From a virus (taxonomy: Duplodnaviria; Caudoviricetes), in IMG/VR virus record IMGVR_UViG_3300050158_000041, positions 1-35,357 of that record: 35,357 nt of DNA; one strand, 5' to 3'. Shown here piece after piece: positions 1 to 9,050 of the stretch. Position 1 is the first letter of the stretch. Each line of letters opens with the position of its first letter. The position numbers and the translations under genes are program-made. The notes beneath the pieces were generated by a model. That model had not been told where the DNA came from. It worked only from the letters and a program-made list of their open reading frames with translations, and did not search any database.

Positions 1-2
1 AC

Positions 3-446
3 TCCGGTATTGGCAATGCAGATTGGGTTGGTGATACGACGACGAAGGAACAAGCCTTGATTGTTGCTTGCCAATCTCTCGATCTGCTCTACGGTCCAAA
101 GTTCTTGTCTAACCCGGAGGAAGGCAACCAGGCGCTTTTGTGGCCCCGTTACCCTTTCTATGACCGCAATGGCAAGACTCGTTTGGTCGGTATCCCTGCT
201 GAGCTGAAGAAGGCCCAGGCTGAGCTGGCTTTGATGTACCTGCTTGGCTCAAACCTGTTTCCTGAAGGTGCTACGGCATTGGACGTTCAGAGTGAGACGG
301 TCAAGGTAGGTGAGATTTCGACTTCGACCACATACAAGACCGCTGGCCGCGCAGAAATGGCTACGTTCGATGGCTTCCGTAAGGTTGAGCTCATCCTGTG
401 GCCGCTGATGAAGGGCCGTCAATCAATGTACTACCTGAGCCGCTAA
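3..446 (+). CDS. Head-tail connector/adaptor (DnaT-like family), 5'-truncated by the window edge
   Basis: Near-identical protein to 34242..34766, which has the full N-terminus. The frame is open from position 3. First neck gene by synteny. Confidence 0.8.
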   Translation, partial: SGIGNADWVGDTTTKEQALIVACQSLDLLYGPKFLSNPEEGNQALLWPRYPFYDRNGKTRLVGIPAELKKAQAELALMYLLGSNLFPEGATALDVQSETVKVGEISTSTTYKTAGRAEMATFDGFRKVELILWPLMKGRQSMYYLSR

Positions 447-455
447 GGAGACGCT

Positions 456-776
456 ATGGACTACCTAGCTCTAAACGGCAAAGCAACGGCGTTAATCAAG
501 AGCCTCGGCTTCCAAATCACAGTAACCCGCAATGGTTCTAGCGTCGGTAAGGCATACGGCGTAATCAGCCCGTCTAAGACAGAAACCCAGGAAGGCCCAA
601 CGGCGGCTACTCCTATGGCGATGCAGTCAAAGGTGATGTACGTAACTGCGGTTGGTTCATTCAGTCCGCAAGTTGGTGACCTAGTGACATCAAGCGTCGG
701 TCAATGGCAGATCACAGCAGTCTGTGATTACAAGCCTTCTACAACCATGATTGCATACCGATTGGAGCTTCAGTAA
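456..776 (+). CDS. Putative head-closure (stopper) protein
   Basis: 106 aa, TAAGGAG RBS, lies between adaptor and gp10-like gene. The PQVGD..W.IT.V...KP motif is typical of stoppers. Confidence 0.7.
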   Translation: MDYLALNGKATALIKSLGFQITVTRNGSSVGKAYGVISPSKTETQEGPTAATPMAMQSKVMYVTAVGSFSPQVGDLVTSSVGQWQITAVCDYKPSTTMIAYRLELQ

Positions 777-1108
777 TGGCTGACCGTGAGTGGGATGTGA
801 GCAAGGGCGGCGAAATCGACAAGTTCAACATTGACCTTGATACCCGCCTACGTCGCTTCAAAGAGGAATGGGGCGTGGAGTTCTTAGAGCGTGTTCGCGC
901 CCGCACTCCGGTTCGTACTGGCGCACTGCAAGGTGGTTGGGGTTTCGATCAGAAGAAGGAAAGCATTGATGTCTGGAACACGCAGGAGTACGCCGGGTAT
1001 GTTGAATACGGTACTGAAAAGATGGCACCCCGCGCAATGCTTCGTACTACCTTGCTGGAAGCAGAGCAGATTACAGAGGTGGCAAAAGAGAAGGCAGGTC
1101 TTAAATGA
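776..1108 (+). CDS. HK97 gp10-like neck/tail completion protein
   Basis: TPVRTGAL..GW and N..EYA.YVEYGT.KMAPR motifs. TAATG coupling to the upstream gene. Confidence 0.88.
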   Translation: MADREWDVSKGGEIDKFNIDLDTRLRRFKEEWGVEFLERVRARTPVRTGALQGGWGFDQKKESIDVWNTQEYAGYVEYGTEKMAPRAMLRTTLLEAEQITEVAKEKAGLK

Positions 1109-1506
1109 ACTATGCAGATGTAAAACAACAACTAGATACTGCGGTGGGAGCGGTTAGCGGTATTCCAGCGCTAGTGCTTGAGAACGTAATCAACAGGCCA
1201 ACGTCCGGTACTTCGTTCACTCGTACTACTTTGCTTCCGGCTCGTCCTAATCGCCTCACAGTCGGCGTTTCTGGACGGGATGAGCTGTTTGGGATGTATC
1301 AAGTAGACCTGTATTACCCAATTGGGCAAGGTTCCACAAATGCACTCACCGCTGCTGATCTGGTGGTTAACGCATTTCCAAGGACATGGAGTGTTGCGGT
1401 TAATTCTGATGTTTTGCGGGTAACTCAGTCGTGGGTCGAAGCAGGCCGAGAAGTTAACGGCTGGTATGCAGTCAGCGTAATACTGCAATGGTCGACGACT
1501 AGGTAA
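1105..1506 (+). CDS. Tail terminator-like protein
   Basis: 133 aa immediately before the tail tube gene, with a G.YQVD.YYP.G.G motif. Confidence 0.75.
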   Translation: MNYADVKQQLDTAVGAVSGIPALVLENVINRPTSGTSFTRTTLLPARPNRLTVGVSGRDELFGMYQVDLYYPIGQGSTNALTAADLVVNAFPRTWSVAVNSDVLRVTQSWVEAGREVNGWYAVSVILQWSTTR

Positions 1507-1525
1507 CAGGGAGCCTATCAAAACT

Positions 1526-1533
1526 TATAAATA
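1526..1533 (+). promoter_or_regulatory. TATAAATA box (exact T4 late-promoter consensus) upstream of the tail tube gene
   Basis: Intergenic, followed by an A/C-rich leader, AAGGA RBS and ATG 1577. One of 23 TAAATA boxes. Confidence 0.75.
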
Positions 1534-1576
1534 AGTCCAACGTGTTCCAAATAACAACTAAAACAAAGGAATTCTT

Positions 1577-2485
1577 ATGGCACAAGCAACAGGCTCTAAG
1601 CGTTGGCTAGCATTCATTCAGGAAGCTACTTTCGGCGCGACTCCAGCTACTCCACAAACTCAGTTGGTTGAGTTCATTAGTTTCAGTGGAAATCTAGACC
1701 GCCCAATCATCACAGATGCTTCGATTCGTTCTGACCGTCAAATCGCCTATGCGCGTGCTGGTAACGAGTCAGTTAAGGCTGATCTTGAAGTGGCAATGTG
1801 CGCAAGCAACTTTGACGTATTCCTTGAAGCTGCTTTGCAAGGTACGTGGGCTACCAACGTCCTGACAATTCCTGCTAGCTCGACCCAGCGTTCGTTTGCA
1901 ATTGAAGAAGGTTATACCGACCTTGCACAGTACCACACGTTCAACGGCTGCACGATTGACAGCGTTACGGTTGATGTTTCAACTGATGGCCTGGTAACCA
2001 CGAAGTTCAGCATTCTTGGTGCAACTGAATCTGCATTCAGCGCAACATCGATTGACAGCACTCCTACTGCTGTTGCAGCGAAGCCAAAGTTCTACCACGT
2101 CGGTGGTACGTTCAAGGAAGGTGGTACTGCAGTTGGCTATCTGTCTGCAATCAGCTGGACTCTGAAGAATAACCTTGTTGCGGCCAACGTACTAGGCACA
2201 GCTGGCGTTCGCAGTATTACTTCTGGCAAGGCAGAAGTGACGGGTAAGGCTACTGCTCTGTTCGAAGACGCAACTGTCTATAACAAGTGGAAGAACAACA
2301 CTGACACCTCCATTGAATTCACGCTGACAGACGGCACGAACAGCCATACCTATTTGTTCCCGAAGGTCAAGTACGTCAAGGGCAGTATGTCTAGTACCGG
2401 CGACGGTCCAGTAACAGTCGAACTTGAATTCAACGCGATTTACGACACTACAGCGGGTACTTCTCTGAAGATCACACGCGTGTAA
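1577..2485 (+). CDS. Major tail (tube) protein
   Basis: 302 aa, Thr/Ser/Ala-rich, E.TFG.TP N-terminus, located before chaperones and tape measure. Confidence 0.9.
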   Translation: MAQATGSKRWLAFIQEATFGATPATPQTQLVEFISFSGNLDRPIITDASIRSDRQIAYARAGNESVKADLEVAMCASNFDVFLEAALQGTWATNVLTIPASSTQRSFAIEEGYTDLAQYHTFNGCTIDSVTVDVSTDGLVTTKFSILGATESAFSATSIDSTPTAVAAKPKFYHVGGTFKEGGTAVGYLSAISWTLKNNLVAANVLGTAGVRSITSGKAEVTGKATALFEDATVYNKWKNNTDTSIEFTLTDGTNSHTYLFPKVKYVKGSMSSTGDGPVTVELEFNAIYDTTAGTSLKITRV

Positions 2486-2511
2486 TCCAAATAGCGGATA
2501 GCGAACAAGCA

Positions 2512-2547
2512 TAAATAAAAGGCCTCGAATCGAGGCCTTTTACTTTT
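2512..2547 (+). terminator. Intrinsic terminator whose 5' arm overlaps a TAAATA box
   Basis: TAAATA 2512-2517 runs into TAAAAGGCCTCG-AAT-CGAGGCCTTTTA followed by CTTTT. Confidence 0.8.
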
Positions 2548-2559
2548 GAGGAAATCATT

Positions 2560-2940
2560 ATGCAGCTATCTAAATTATTCCCCATCGCCGTTCCGCTAGA
2601 AATTGAAATGCCTACCGGTGAGAAAACGGGAATCGTTTTCCAAATCGTTGGTCAGGACAGTAAAGCGTTCCGCACAACCGCTAAGCGCATTGCGGAGGCC
2701 AACTTGAAGCGCCAGGACGCAGCTACCGTTGATGAGATGTATAACCAAAGCATTGAACTGGTGTGCTCATGTGTTGTTGGCTGGAGTGGTCTGGAGCAAG
2801 ACGGAAGCGATCAGCCGCTTGAGTATTCACCAGAAAAGGCATTGGAGCTGCTATCAAACCCCGAACTGCAATTCATTCGTGAGCAGGTTGAGGCGTTCAT
2901 TACGCAGCGTGCTACTTTCTTTCAACACACTAAAAAGTAA
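2560..2940 (+). CDS. Tail assembly chaperone (gpG-like)
   Basis: 126 aa between tube and tape measure, with G.DS..FR, VGWSG and terminal R.TFF motifs. GAGG RBS. Confidence 0.85.
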   Translation: MQLSKLFPIAVPLEIEMPTGEKTGIVFQIVGQDSKAFRTTAKRIAEANLKRQDAATVDEMYNQSIELVCSCVVGWSGLEQDGSDQPLEYSPEKALELLSNPELQFIREQVEAFITQRATFFQHTKK

Positions 2941-3322
2941 GATTTCGGACTTTGTAGCTCATAGCGTACGAATGAACACTCCCAATAGCCAGGGAGTTAC
3001 TAGAAAGCGCACGCTAGAGTTTGGCCGAGACATGATGCGTAAAGCGGGTCGGTCTGAGGAGGACTTAGCCCGCATCTATGCTGAATTGGATTATGAAGGG
3101 CCACCGAAAGGCTCTGAGTACATCACCAGCATCTTTAGTGCCTTGTCCTCTCGTCGTCAGTACGGAATGGGTGGCCCGATGCCTATTTCGTTTCTGGAGA
3201 TAGATGCATACCAACGGCTCCTTGATGTAGAGCTGTCTCCTTTCGACGTTGAGTTGTTGGTAGACATGGACAACCGGTGGCTGCATGAGCGTTCTGTGTT
3301 AGCGAATAGCAGCAGTGAGTGA
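2921..3322 (+). CDS. Tail assembly chaperone extension (gpT-like), probably reached by frameshift; start uncertain
   Basis: R..GMGG.MPIS..EI.AY..L motif. Overlaps the end of gpG in the +1 frame. No clear RBS before ATG 2972. Confidence 0.75.
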   Translation, partial: FNTLKSKISDFVAHSVRMNTPNSQGVTRKRTLEFGRDMMRKAGRSEEDLARIYAELDYEGPPKGSEYITSIFSALSSRRQYGMGGPMPISFLEIDAYQRLLDVELSPFDVELLVDMDNRWLHERSVLANSSSE

Positions 3323-3353
3323 TCGCGTCTAAATACTCGATAAGAGGTATCCA

Positions 3354-6300
3354 ATGGACATTCTGAATCTACTATTTCGTGTTAACACATCACAGGTTAC
3401 AGCAGCCCAACAGCAAGTTGCTGCATTGGGCTCCACCACTAACACCGCCGCTCAATCAGTAAACTCATTGGGTACTGCGGCTAGTGGTGCAAATAGCCAG
3501 ACGGCTCAATTGAGTGGCACTGTTAATACCGCTACTGGATCATTCAATTCGTTCAGTAATGCCGTTGGTAACAGCTACACAAACGTCAACTACTACACCA
3601 AGGCACTCAACGTCGTTCCCGGGCTTGTCAGTTCAGCGAGCGCCACACTAAACACGCATACCAACACACACAATAAAGCGTCTGTCAGTATTGGCAACAC
3701 AACTAAGGCACTGAACGGATTTACGGCCTCAGCTAACGTTGCACGGGGTGTCGCTGGTTACGTTAACTCCACACTGTCTTTAACACCGTCGATTGCTAGC
3801 ACTGCCACTTCTGGCTTTGCTACGTTGTCTAGTGGCTTAACCGGTGTCGCATCGGGTATGGGCTTGGTGGGTTCTGCGGTGCTTGGAGCGACGGTAGTGC
3901 TCGGGACATTTGCTGTCGCAGCTACGGCCGTTCTCGCAGCCGTCATTCCTCTCGCATCTGCCGCCATCAATGCGGCTGACCATTTTGACGAGATGTCTGA
4001 CCGTACAAACATCTCTGCTACTCGTCTGCAGTTGCTCGACGTTGCTGCAAAGCTTGGTGGCGCGTCACTGGATGAATTGATTCAAAGCTCCGAATCTCTG
4101 TCTGCCAAGCTGGCTAAGCAGGATGAGGAAACCGGCAAGGTTACCAATGCCATTAAGGCACTGGACGTAGAGCAAAAGAACGCTGATGGCACATTCAAGA
4201 GTTCCCTGCAATTGCAGGAAGACATTGTTATGGCCGTTAAGAAGAAGAAAGACGCGCTCAACGACGCTAAAGAAGCTGGTGAATCAGACAAGAAGCTCAC
4301 CGAGCTGAGTAACCAAGTGACTATTGCACAGTCCCAAGCCGTTACGGCGTTGGGTGCTCAGTACTGGAAGCTCGCTCCAGCGATTGAACAGACGGCAGAA
4401 AAGAAGGGTGAGTTGTATGACCGTATGGTCCGCACTAACCAACTTATCTCCGGTCCGTTTGCTAAATCATCCGGAGACTTTAAGGACTCGTTGGATCGCC
4501 TTAGTGGCGCATTTGGGGGCATTGGTAACTCAATTGCTGAGTTTGCATTACCCGGGATTCAAGGCTTTGTTAGCTGGGTCACTCAGGGCATTGAGAAGGT
4601 AGCGGAGTTAGTTAAACAGTTGCTGGGGCTCTCAACCGGATCTGAAACATACCTTAAGAAGATCCAAGACATAGACGAGAAGATTGCAAGTAAAGAGAGC
4701 AAACGTGATGGCTTACGTGCTGATGCAGCTAACGGAAAGTCTCTGTTCGGTGGCAATTGGTTTACGTCAGCGGAAGACAAACTTGCAAAGACCATTGATG
4801 GTGAAATTAAGAATCTGAGGGATCAGCGCGTCCGACTGAGTAACGCATACGCCGAAGAGCGGAAGAAAGCTGAGGAGGAGCGCAAGAAGGCTCTACAAGG
4901 CGAAAAAGGCGAGGGTACTGGCACAGCGGGCGGAACGGTAAACATTCCCACAGCACCAAAAGCTGAGCAGAAGATTGCTGAGAACCCGATCACTAAAGAC
5001 ATTGCAAACGCTCGCGTACAGCTTGCTCAGTTGGAGTCTGAGTACGCTGCGCTATTGTCTGGACGGACAGCAAGTACAAACGTTGACAAGCTTGAGGCGG
5101 CAATTTCAGCAGGCAAATACGATGCCAAGTATGCGATTGACCCGAAGACTGGCAAGGAAGACAAAACTAAGATGACGCAACAAGCAGCTACCCCCGAGGA
5201 GCTGCAAAAGATGCGTGAGGTGGAAGCAACCAAAGACAAGGTTGCTGCGATGAAGCTGGAGGAGGATCAGCAAAATCGGTTGGCTGATGCTGCAGACAGT
5301 GCTATTCGCCAAGAGGAGCTGAAACTTCAATCGTACAGGGATTCTATTGAAGAGCAAAAGATTGCTGACAGTGTTCTCCGGGAGTACGGCACAACACAAG
5401 CTGATGTCACTGTTGCGTTGACAGAATACCGTTTGCAAAAAATAGAGGACATGCTTACTGATGAGAAACGTATTTCTCTCGGGTATGAAGAGATTCGCGT
5501 ACTAGAGGCGAAGCGGGACGTTCTGAAACAGACTCTAGAACTGAATAAGAGTGAGCGTCAACGTAAACAAAAGGATGATACGAGCCAGAACACTTATACG
5601 GATGGATGGAACAAGGCGTTCAAGGACTTTGAAAAGGCTGCTACAGATTCTGCTTCTGCTGGTAGGAAAGTGTTTGAATCTTTTGCTGGTGCTACGGAGG
5701 ACGCAATCTATAACGCAATGACGACTGGTAAGGCGTCATTCAGTGATTTTGCCAAATCAGTACTCTCAGACATTGCAAGGATTGCAACCAAGCAGGCTGC
5801 TTTGTGGATTTTCAAATCGATGGGGTTGTTTGCTAATGGTGGCGTGTTTGGTTCCAGTGTTAGTGAAAATGCTAAGGGAGGCGTGTTTAGCAGCGGCGCA
5901 AAGATGTTTGCCAAGGGTGGAGCATTCACTGGCGGCGTAGAGGCATTCGCAAACGGAGGCTCGTTCACCAACAACGTTTATGACAAACCGACTATGTTCG
6001 CCATGAGCAATGGCGGGTTGGGCGTGATGGGTGAAGCTGGTCCAGAAGCTGTAATGCCATTGGTGCGTATTGCTGGCGGCCAGCTGGGTGTACAGACGGA
6101 AGGTGGTGGCCAGGAGGGTGTGCTGCCGTTGAGCCGGATGGCGAATGGAAAGTTGGGCGTTAACACTACCAGCTACGTGGCAGGTGACAGTAGCTCAACA
6201 AGCACTAGTTCTAATAAGACGTCGACGACAAGTGTCTCCATGTTTGCTACTGGTGGGACATTCACCAATAACACCTACTCCCGTCCAACGCTATTTAAGT

Positions 6301-6797
6301 TTGCGAAGGAGCGGCTGGGTGTTATGGGTGAAGCTGGTCCAGAAGCTGTAATGCCATTGTCACGTACGTCGGACGGCCAGATGGGCGTTGAAGCAGAAGG
6401 CGGCGGACGAACAAACGTCTTGCCTCTGATCCGGATGGCGAATGGCAACCTTGGTGTTGATAGCACAGTTGCTAAGACAGCCGATCAGACTGAACCTGCA
6501 TCAGACCTGTTGATGAATTCCGTTGGGAATGTCTTCGGGACATCCTCCTTTGACAGCACGTCGCAGAAGACAGCCAACGCAATTGCTGGGCCTGCGTACA
6601 CACAAAAGAGTGTTGTCGATTCATCGACTGCTACTGCTACACAGTACACCATCACCGTTGGAGACATCATCGTTCAGGGTGGCAACACCAACGAAGAGAC
6701 GGCGGCAACTTTACAGAAGACGATGATTGAAACGATGCGCAAGGTTGCCCAAGGCGAAATCTTGAGTGCTAAACGCTACGGCGGCGCGCTGGCTTAA
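3354..6797 (+). CDS. Tape measure protein
   Basis: 1147 aa, helical and Ala-rich, with lambda-family C-terminal FAxGG and MGEAGPEAVMPL motifs. TAAATA at 3330. Confidence 0.93.
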   Translation: MDILNLLFRVNTSQVTAAQQQVAALGSTTNTAAQSVNSLGTAASGANSQTAQLSGTVNTATGSFNSFSNAVGNSYTNVNYYTKALNVVPGLVSSASATLNTHTNTHNKASVSIGNTTKALNGFTASANVARGVAGYVNSTLSLTPSIASTATSGFATLSSGLTGVASGMGLVGSAVLGATVVLGTFAVAATAVLAAVIPLASAAINAADHFDEMSDRTNISATRLQLLDVAAKLGGASLDELIQSSESLSAKLAKQDEETGKVTNAIKALDVEQKNADGTFKSSLQLQEDIVMAVKKKKDALNDAKEAGESDKKLTELSNQVTIAQSQAVTALGAQYWKLAPAIEQTAEKKGELYDRMVRTNQLISGPFAKSSGDFKDSLDRLSGAFGGIGNSIAEFALPGIQGFVSWVTQGIEKVAELVKQLLGLSTGSETYLKKIQDIDEKIASKESKRDGLRADAANGKSLFGGNWFTSAEDKLAKTIDGEIKNLRDQRVRLSNAYAEERKKAEEERKKALQGEKGEGTGTAGGTVNIPTAPKAEQKIAENPITKDIANARVQLAQLESEYAALLSGRTASTNVDKLEAAISAGKYDAKYAIDPKTGKEDKTKMTQQAATPEELQKMREVEATKDKVAAMKLEEDQQNRLADAADSAIRQEELKLQSYRDSIEEQKIADSVLREYGTTQADVTVALTEYRLQKIEDMLTDEKRISLGYEEIRVLEAKRDVLKQTLELNKSERQRKQKDDTSQNTYTDGWNKAFKDFEKAATDSASAGRKVFESFAGATEDAIYNAMTTGKASFSDFAKSVLSDIARIATKQAALWIFKSMGLFANGGVFGSSVSENAKGGVFSSGAKMFAKGGAFTGGVEAFANGGSFTNNVYDKPTMFAMSNGGLGVMGEAGPEAVMPLVRIAGGQLGVQTEGGGQEGVLPLSRMANGKLGVNTTSYVAGDSSSTSTSSNKTSTTSVSMFATGGTFTNNTYSRPTLFKFAKERLGVMGEAGPEAVMPLSRTSDGQMGVEAEGGGRTNVLPLIRMANGNLGVDSTVAKTADQTEPASDLLMNSVGNVFGTSSFDSTSQKTANAIAGPAYTQKSVVDSSTATATQYTITVGDIIVQGGNTNEETAATLQKTMIETMRKVAQGEILSAKRYGGALA

Positions 6798-6810
6798 AAG
6801 GAGAAGAACA

Positions 6811-7155
6811 ATGCCACAAGCTTTACCTCTAACAAACATGATTGGCCAATCAAGCACTCGCACTCGCAAATACAAGACGCTGAGTGCCGAATTTGCTAAC
6901 GGATACAGTCAAACAGCACCAGACGGAATAAACGCCACCCAGGATTCGTGGGCGATTAAATACGAGAACCTTTCGTCTTCAGAGCGTGGTGCTGTGATGG
7001 CGGTACTAGATGCAGTGGGCTCGTGGGACTACCTAACGTGGCAGGCCCCTGGCGACGCATCAGTGAAGAAATGGAAAGTCTCGATGGATGGTTGGACTGA
7101 AAGTACAACAGGTGCTTTGTGGTCCATGTCATTCACGTTGAAACAGGTGTACTAA
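6811..7155 (+). CDS. Distal tail protein (lambda gpM-like)
   Basis: F.NGY.Q..PDGIN motif. AGGAG RBS favours ATG 6811. Confidence 0.88.
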   Translation: MPQALPLTNMIGQSSTRTRKYKTLSAEFANGYSQTAPDGINATQDSWAIKYENLSSSERGAVMAVLDAVGSWDYLTWQAPGDASVKKWKVSMDGWTESTTGALWSMSFTLKQVY

Positions 7156-8276
7156 TGACCGTCACTACAGCAATGGCAACAGAGCTTCAGAACCTGCATC
7201 AAACAGATGCGTGGGTGGAGCTATACACACTCGACTGCACAGCCATAGGCGGGGCGGTCTACAGGTTCACTCCACACTTTTCAGATTCAGGCGTCGTCTA
7301 TTTTGGCGGAGATGGATACATGTCTCTGCCGATTACCAGCGATGGATGGGAAGTCTCTGCAACAGGCACACAACCACGCCCAACATTATCTGTATCGAAC
7401 GTGGCGAAGACACTACTCAACGCTATTAACACATTGGGTGACATCGTTGGCGCAAAGGTAACTCGTATTCGCACTAAGGTGCGCTTTCTTGATTCAGCTA
7501 CTTTCAGCCGGGTCAATCTGCTTAACTACTCCGAAGACTTTAGTCAAGCTGTATGGGTAACGACCAATGCGTCAGTTAGTCGGTCTACTGCCTCCGTTGC
7601 AGCTGGAGCAAAGACTGCGTTCAAATTAGTAGAAGATGGAACAGCCTCAATCGCACACAAGGTACAGATCGGCAGTTTGGCAGTGGCGGTAGGGCAGCAA
7701 CATACCGTGTCGTTCTATGCAAAGGCTGGCGAACGCAGTTTTCTCTCGGTTGACGCGGGTGTTACAAACCGGTATTCAGCGCTTCAGCGTTGTGATGTGA
7801 ATCTCAACAACGGAAGCCTGTCGGCATTCAGTCAAGGCACATTTGGATTTGGGTCAACCGACGTTGGGAATGGATGGTTTCGGTACGTTGTCAGCTTGCC
7901 CCCGGTAACCGCAGCAGGTAACAACTCAATCACATTCAACCTCAAGCCCAGCGATACGAACAGTCGCGTCTATAACGGAGACGGCACTTCAGGCTGCTAC
8001 TTGACTGGCGTGCAGTGGGAGCTTGGAACTTCCGTTTCGCCATACCAATACACAACGACAAGCCATCAGCCGTTTGCGGATTCAAATGCGTTCCTAAAGC
8101 CAGATGTCTACTTTGTAGAGCAAAAGACCGCTCATACTGCGGAGATTGTTCAATGGCAGCTAGTAAGTGCGATTGAGCGATTAGGGATGAAGTTGCCGCG
8201 ACGCCAAATCTTCCGCGACGCGACTAAGAATAGCTCTGGCTTCCCAGGCGTATCACGGTATCGCGGATACAACTAA
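7155..8276 (+). CDS. Minor tail protein (lambda gpL-like) with an inserted carbohydrate-binding-like domain
   Basis: gpL motifs PRPTL.VSN, GAKVTRIRT..RFLD..F and LPRRQI flank a ~190-aa insert (NLLNYSEDF..W to GVQWE.G...SPY). Confidence 0.85.
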   Translation: MTVTTAMATELQNLHQTDAWVELYTLDCTAIGGAVYRFTPHFSDSGVVYFGGDGYMSLPITSDGWEVSATGTQPRPTLSVSNVAKTLLNAINTLGDIVGAKVTRIRTKVRFLDSATFSRVNLLNYSEDFSQAVWVTTNASVSRSTASVAAGAKTAFKLVEDGTASIAHKVQIGSLAVAVGQQHTVSFYAKAGERSFLSVDAGVTNRYSALQRCDVNLNNGSLSAFSQGTFGFGSTDVGNGWFRYVVSLPPVTAAGNNSITFNLKPSDTNSRVYNGDGTSGCYLTGVQWELGTSVSPYQYTTTSHQPFADSNAFLKPDVYFVEQKTAHTAEIVQWQLVSAIERLGMKLPRRQIFRDATKNSSGFPGVSRYRGYN

Positions 8277-8321
8277 ACCCCGAGTTGTGAGCTGGCGTAA
8301 ATACATGATCGGAGGAAGATC

Positions 8322-9050
8322 ATGATTACGCTGGAGCAAAGGGATGAATTTGAGAAACATGCAATTGCACATTACCCTGAAGAGGTGTGCGCAGTAATTG
8401 CTGGTGGGAACCTCATTCTTTGTCAGAACGAGGCGGAAGATAGGAATAGCACCTTCAAGATTTCAGCCGAGAAATTGATTGAGGCTGAGATTTTGCATGG
8501 ACCGCTTGATTTGGTGTTGCATACCCATAGCGGCGCATCAGCTGGTCGCTGGCCTCGTCATTGGCCTTCTGGACAAGACATGCAGTCGTGGATGCACGGC
8601 TCTACCCCTTGGCTCATTTTTGCTTGCAATGGCGAAGGCTTGGGTGAGCACTGTGTATTGGACGACGCTAACCCCGCACCACTAGAGGGGCGCGAGTTCA
8701 TTCACGGCATTAACGACTGCTACTCATTGATCCGCGACTATTTTCGTATGGAGAAGGGTATTACCTTGCCGAATTACCCGCGTGACATGGAGTGGTGGGC
8801 TAAAGATAAGGATTTATACAGCGAGAACTTTGAGGCGGCAGGCTTTGTGGAAATACCTGCTGACCAAGTTCGCTCAGGGGATTGCATGATGATTCAATTC
8901 CGTAGCGACGTTATTAATCATGCTGCGGTAGTTATTGATGAATCGAGAATCCTTCATCACATGATTCATCGTCTTAGTGGTTACGACGATTGGAGTAAAT
9001 GGCACCGTGTCGCTGCAAAGTATGTCCGCTACGTTGGAGAAAAACAATAA
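8322..9050 (+). CDS. Tail tip protein gpK-like (JAB/MPN + NlpC/P60)
   Basis: HTH...PS..D JAB-like motif, plus GREF.HG..DCY, NHAAV and ILHH NlpC/P60 motifs. Confidence 0.93.
   Translation: MITLEQRDEFEKHAIAHYPEEVCAVIAGGNLILCQNEAEDRNSTFKISAEKLIEAEILHGPLDLVLHTHSGASAGRWPRHWPSGQDMQSWMHGSTPWLIFACNGEGLGEHCVLDDANPAPLEGREFIHGINDCYSLIRDYFRMEKGITLPNYPRDMEWWAKDKDLYSENFEAAGFVEIPADQVRSGDCMMIQFRSDVINHAAVVIDESRILHHMIHRLSGYDDWSKWHRVAAKYVRYVGEKQ

Larger units (their letters stand above)
1..1037 (+). repeat. Terminal direct repeat, copy 1 (diverged)
   Basis: Colinear with 34321..35357 at a constant offset of 34320 (stops 446/34766 and 776/35096 coincide). Many substitutions, but 938..1037 is identical to the last 100 nt of the window. 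Confidence 0.97.

Noticed and set aside
1-1037. DGR template/variable repeat pair (terminal copies, or gpJ/TMP repeats)
   Set aside because: No reverse transcriptase is present, and the differences are not adenine-specific and are mostly synonymous.
6292-6297. TATTTA inside the tape measure gene (and another at 15976-15981)
   Set aside because: Antisense within coding sequence, preceded by T on the minus strand (TTAAATA) unlike the other boxes, with no downstream unit. Treated as chance. My scan was by eye and may have missed others.
8322-9050. NlpC/P60 protein as the endolysin
   Set aside because: The JAB+NlpC architecture between gpL and gpI is the standard gpK tail-tip gene.
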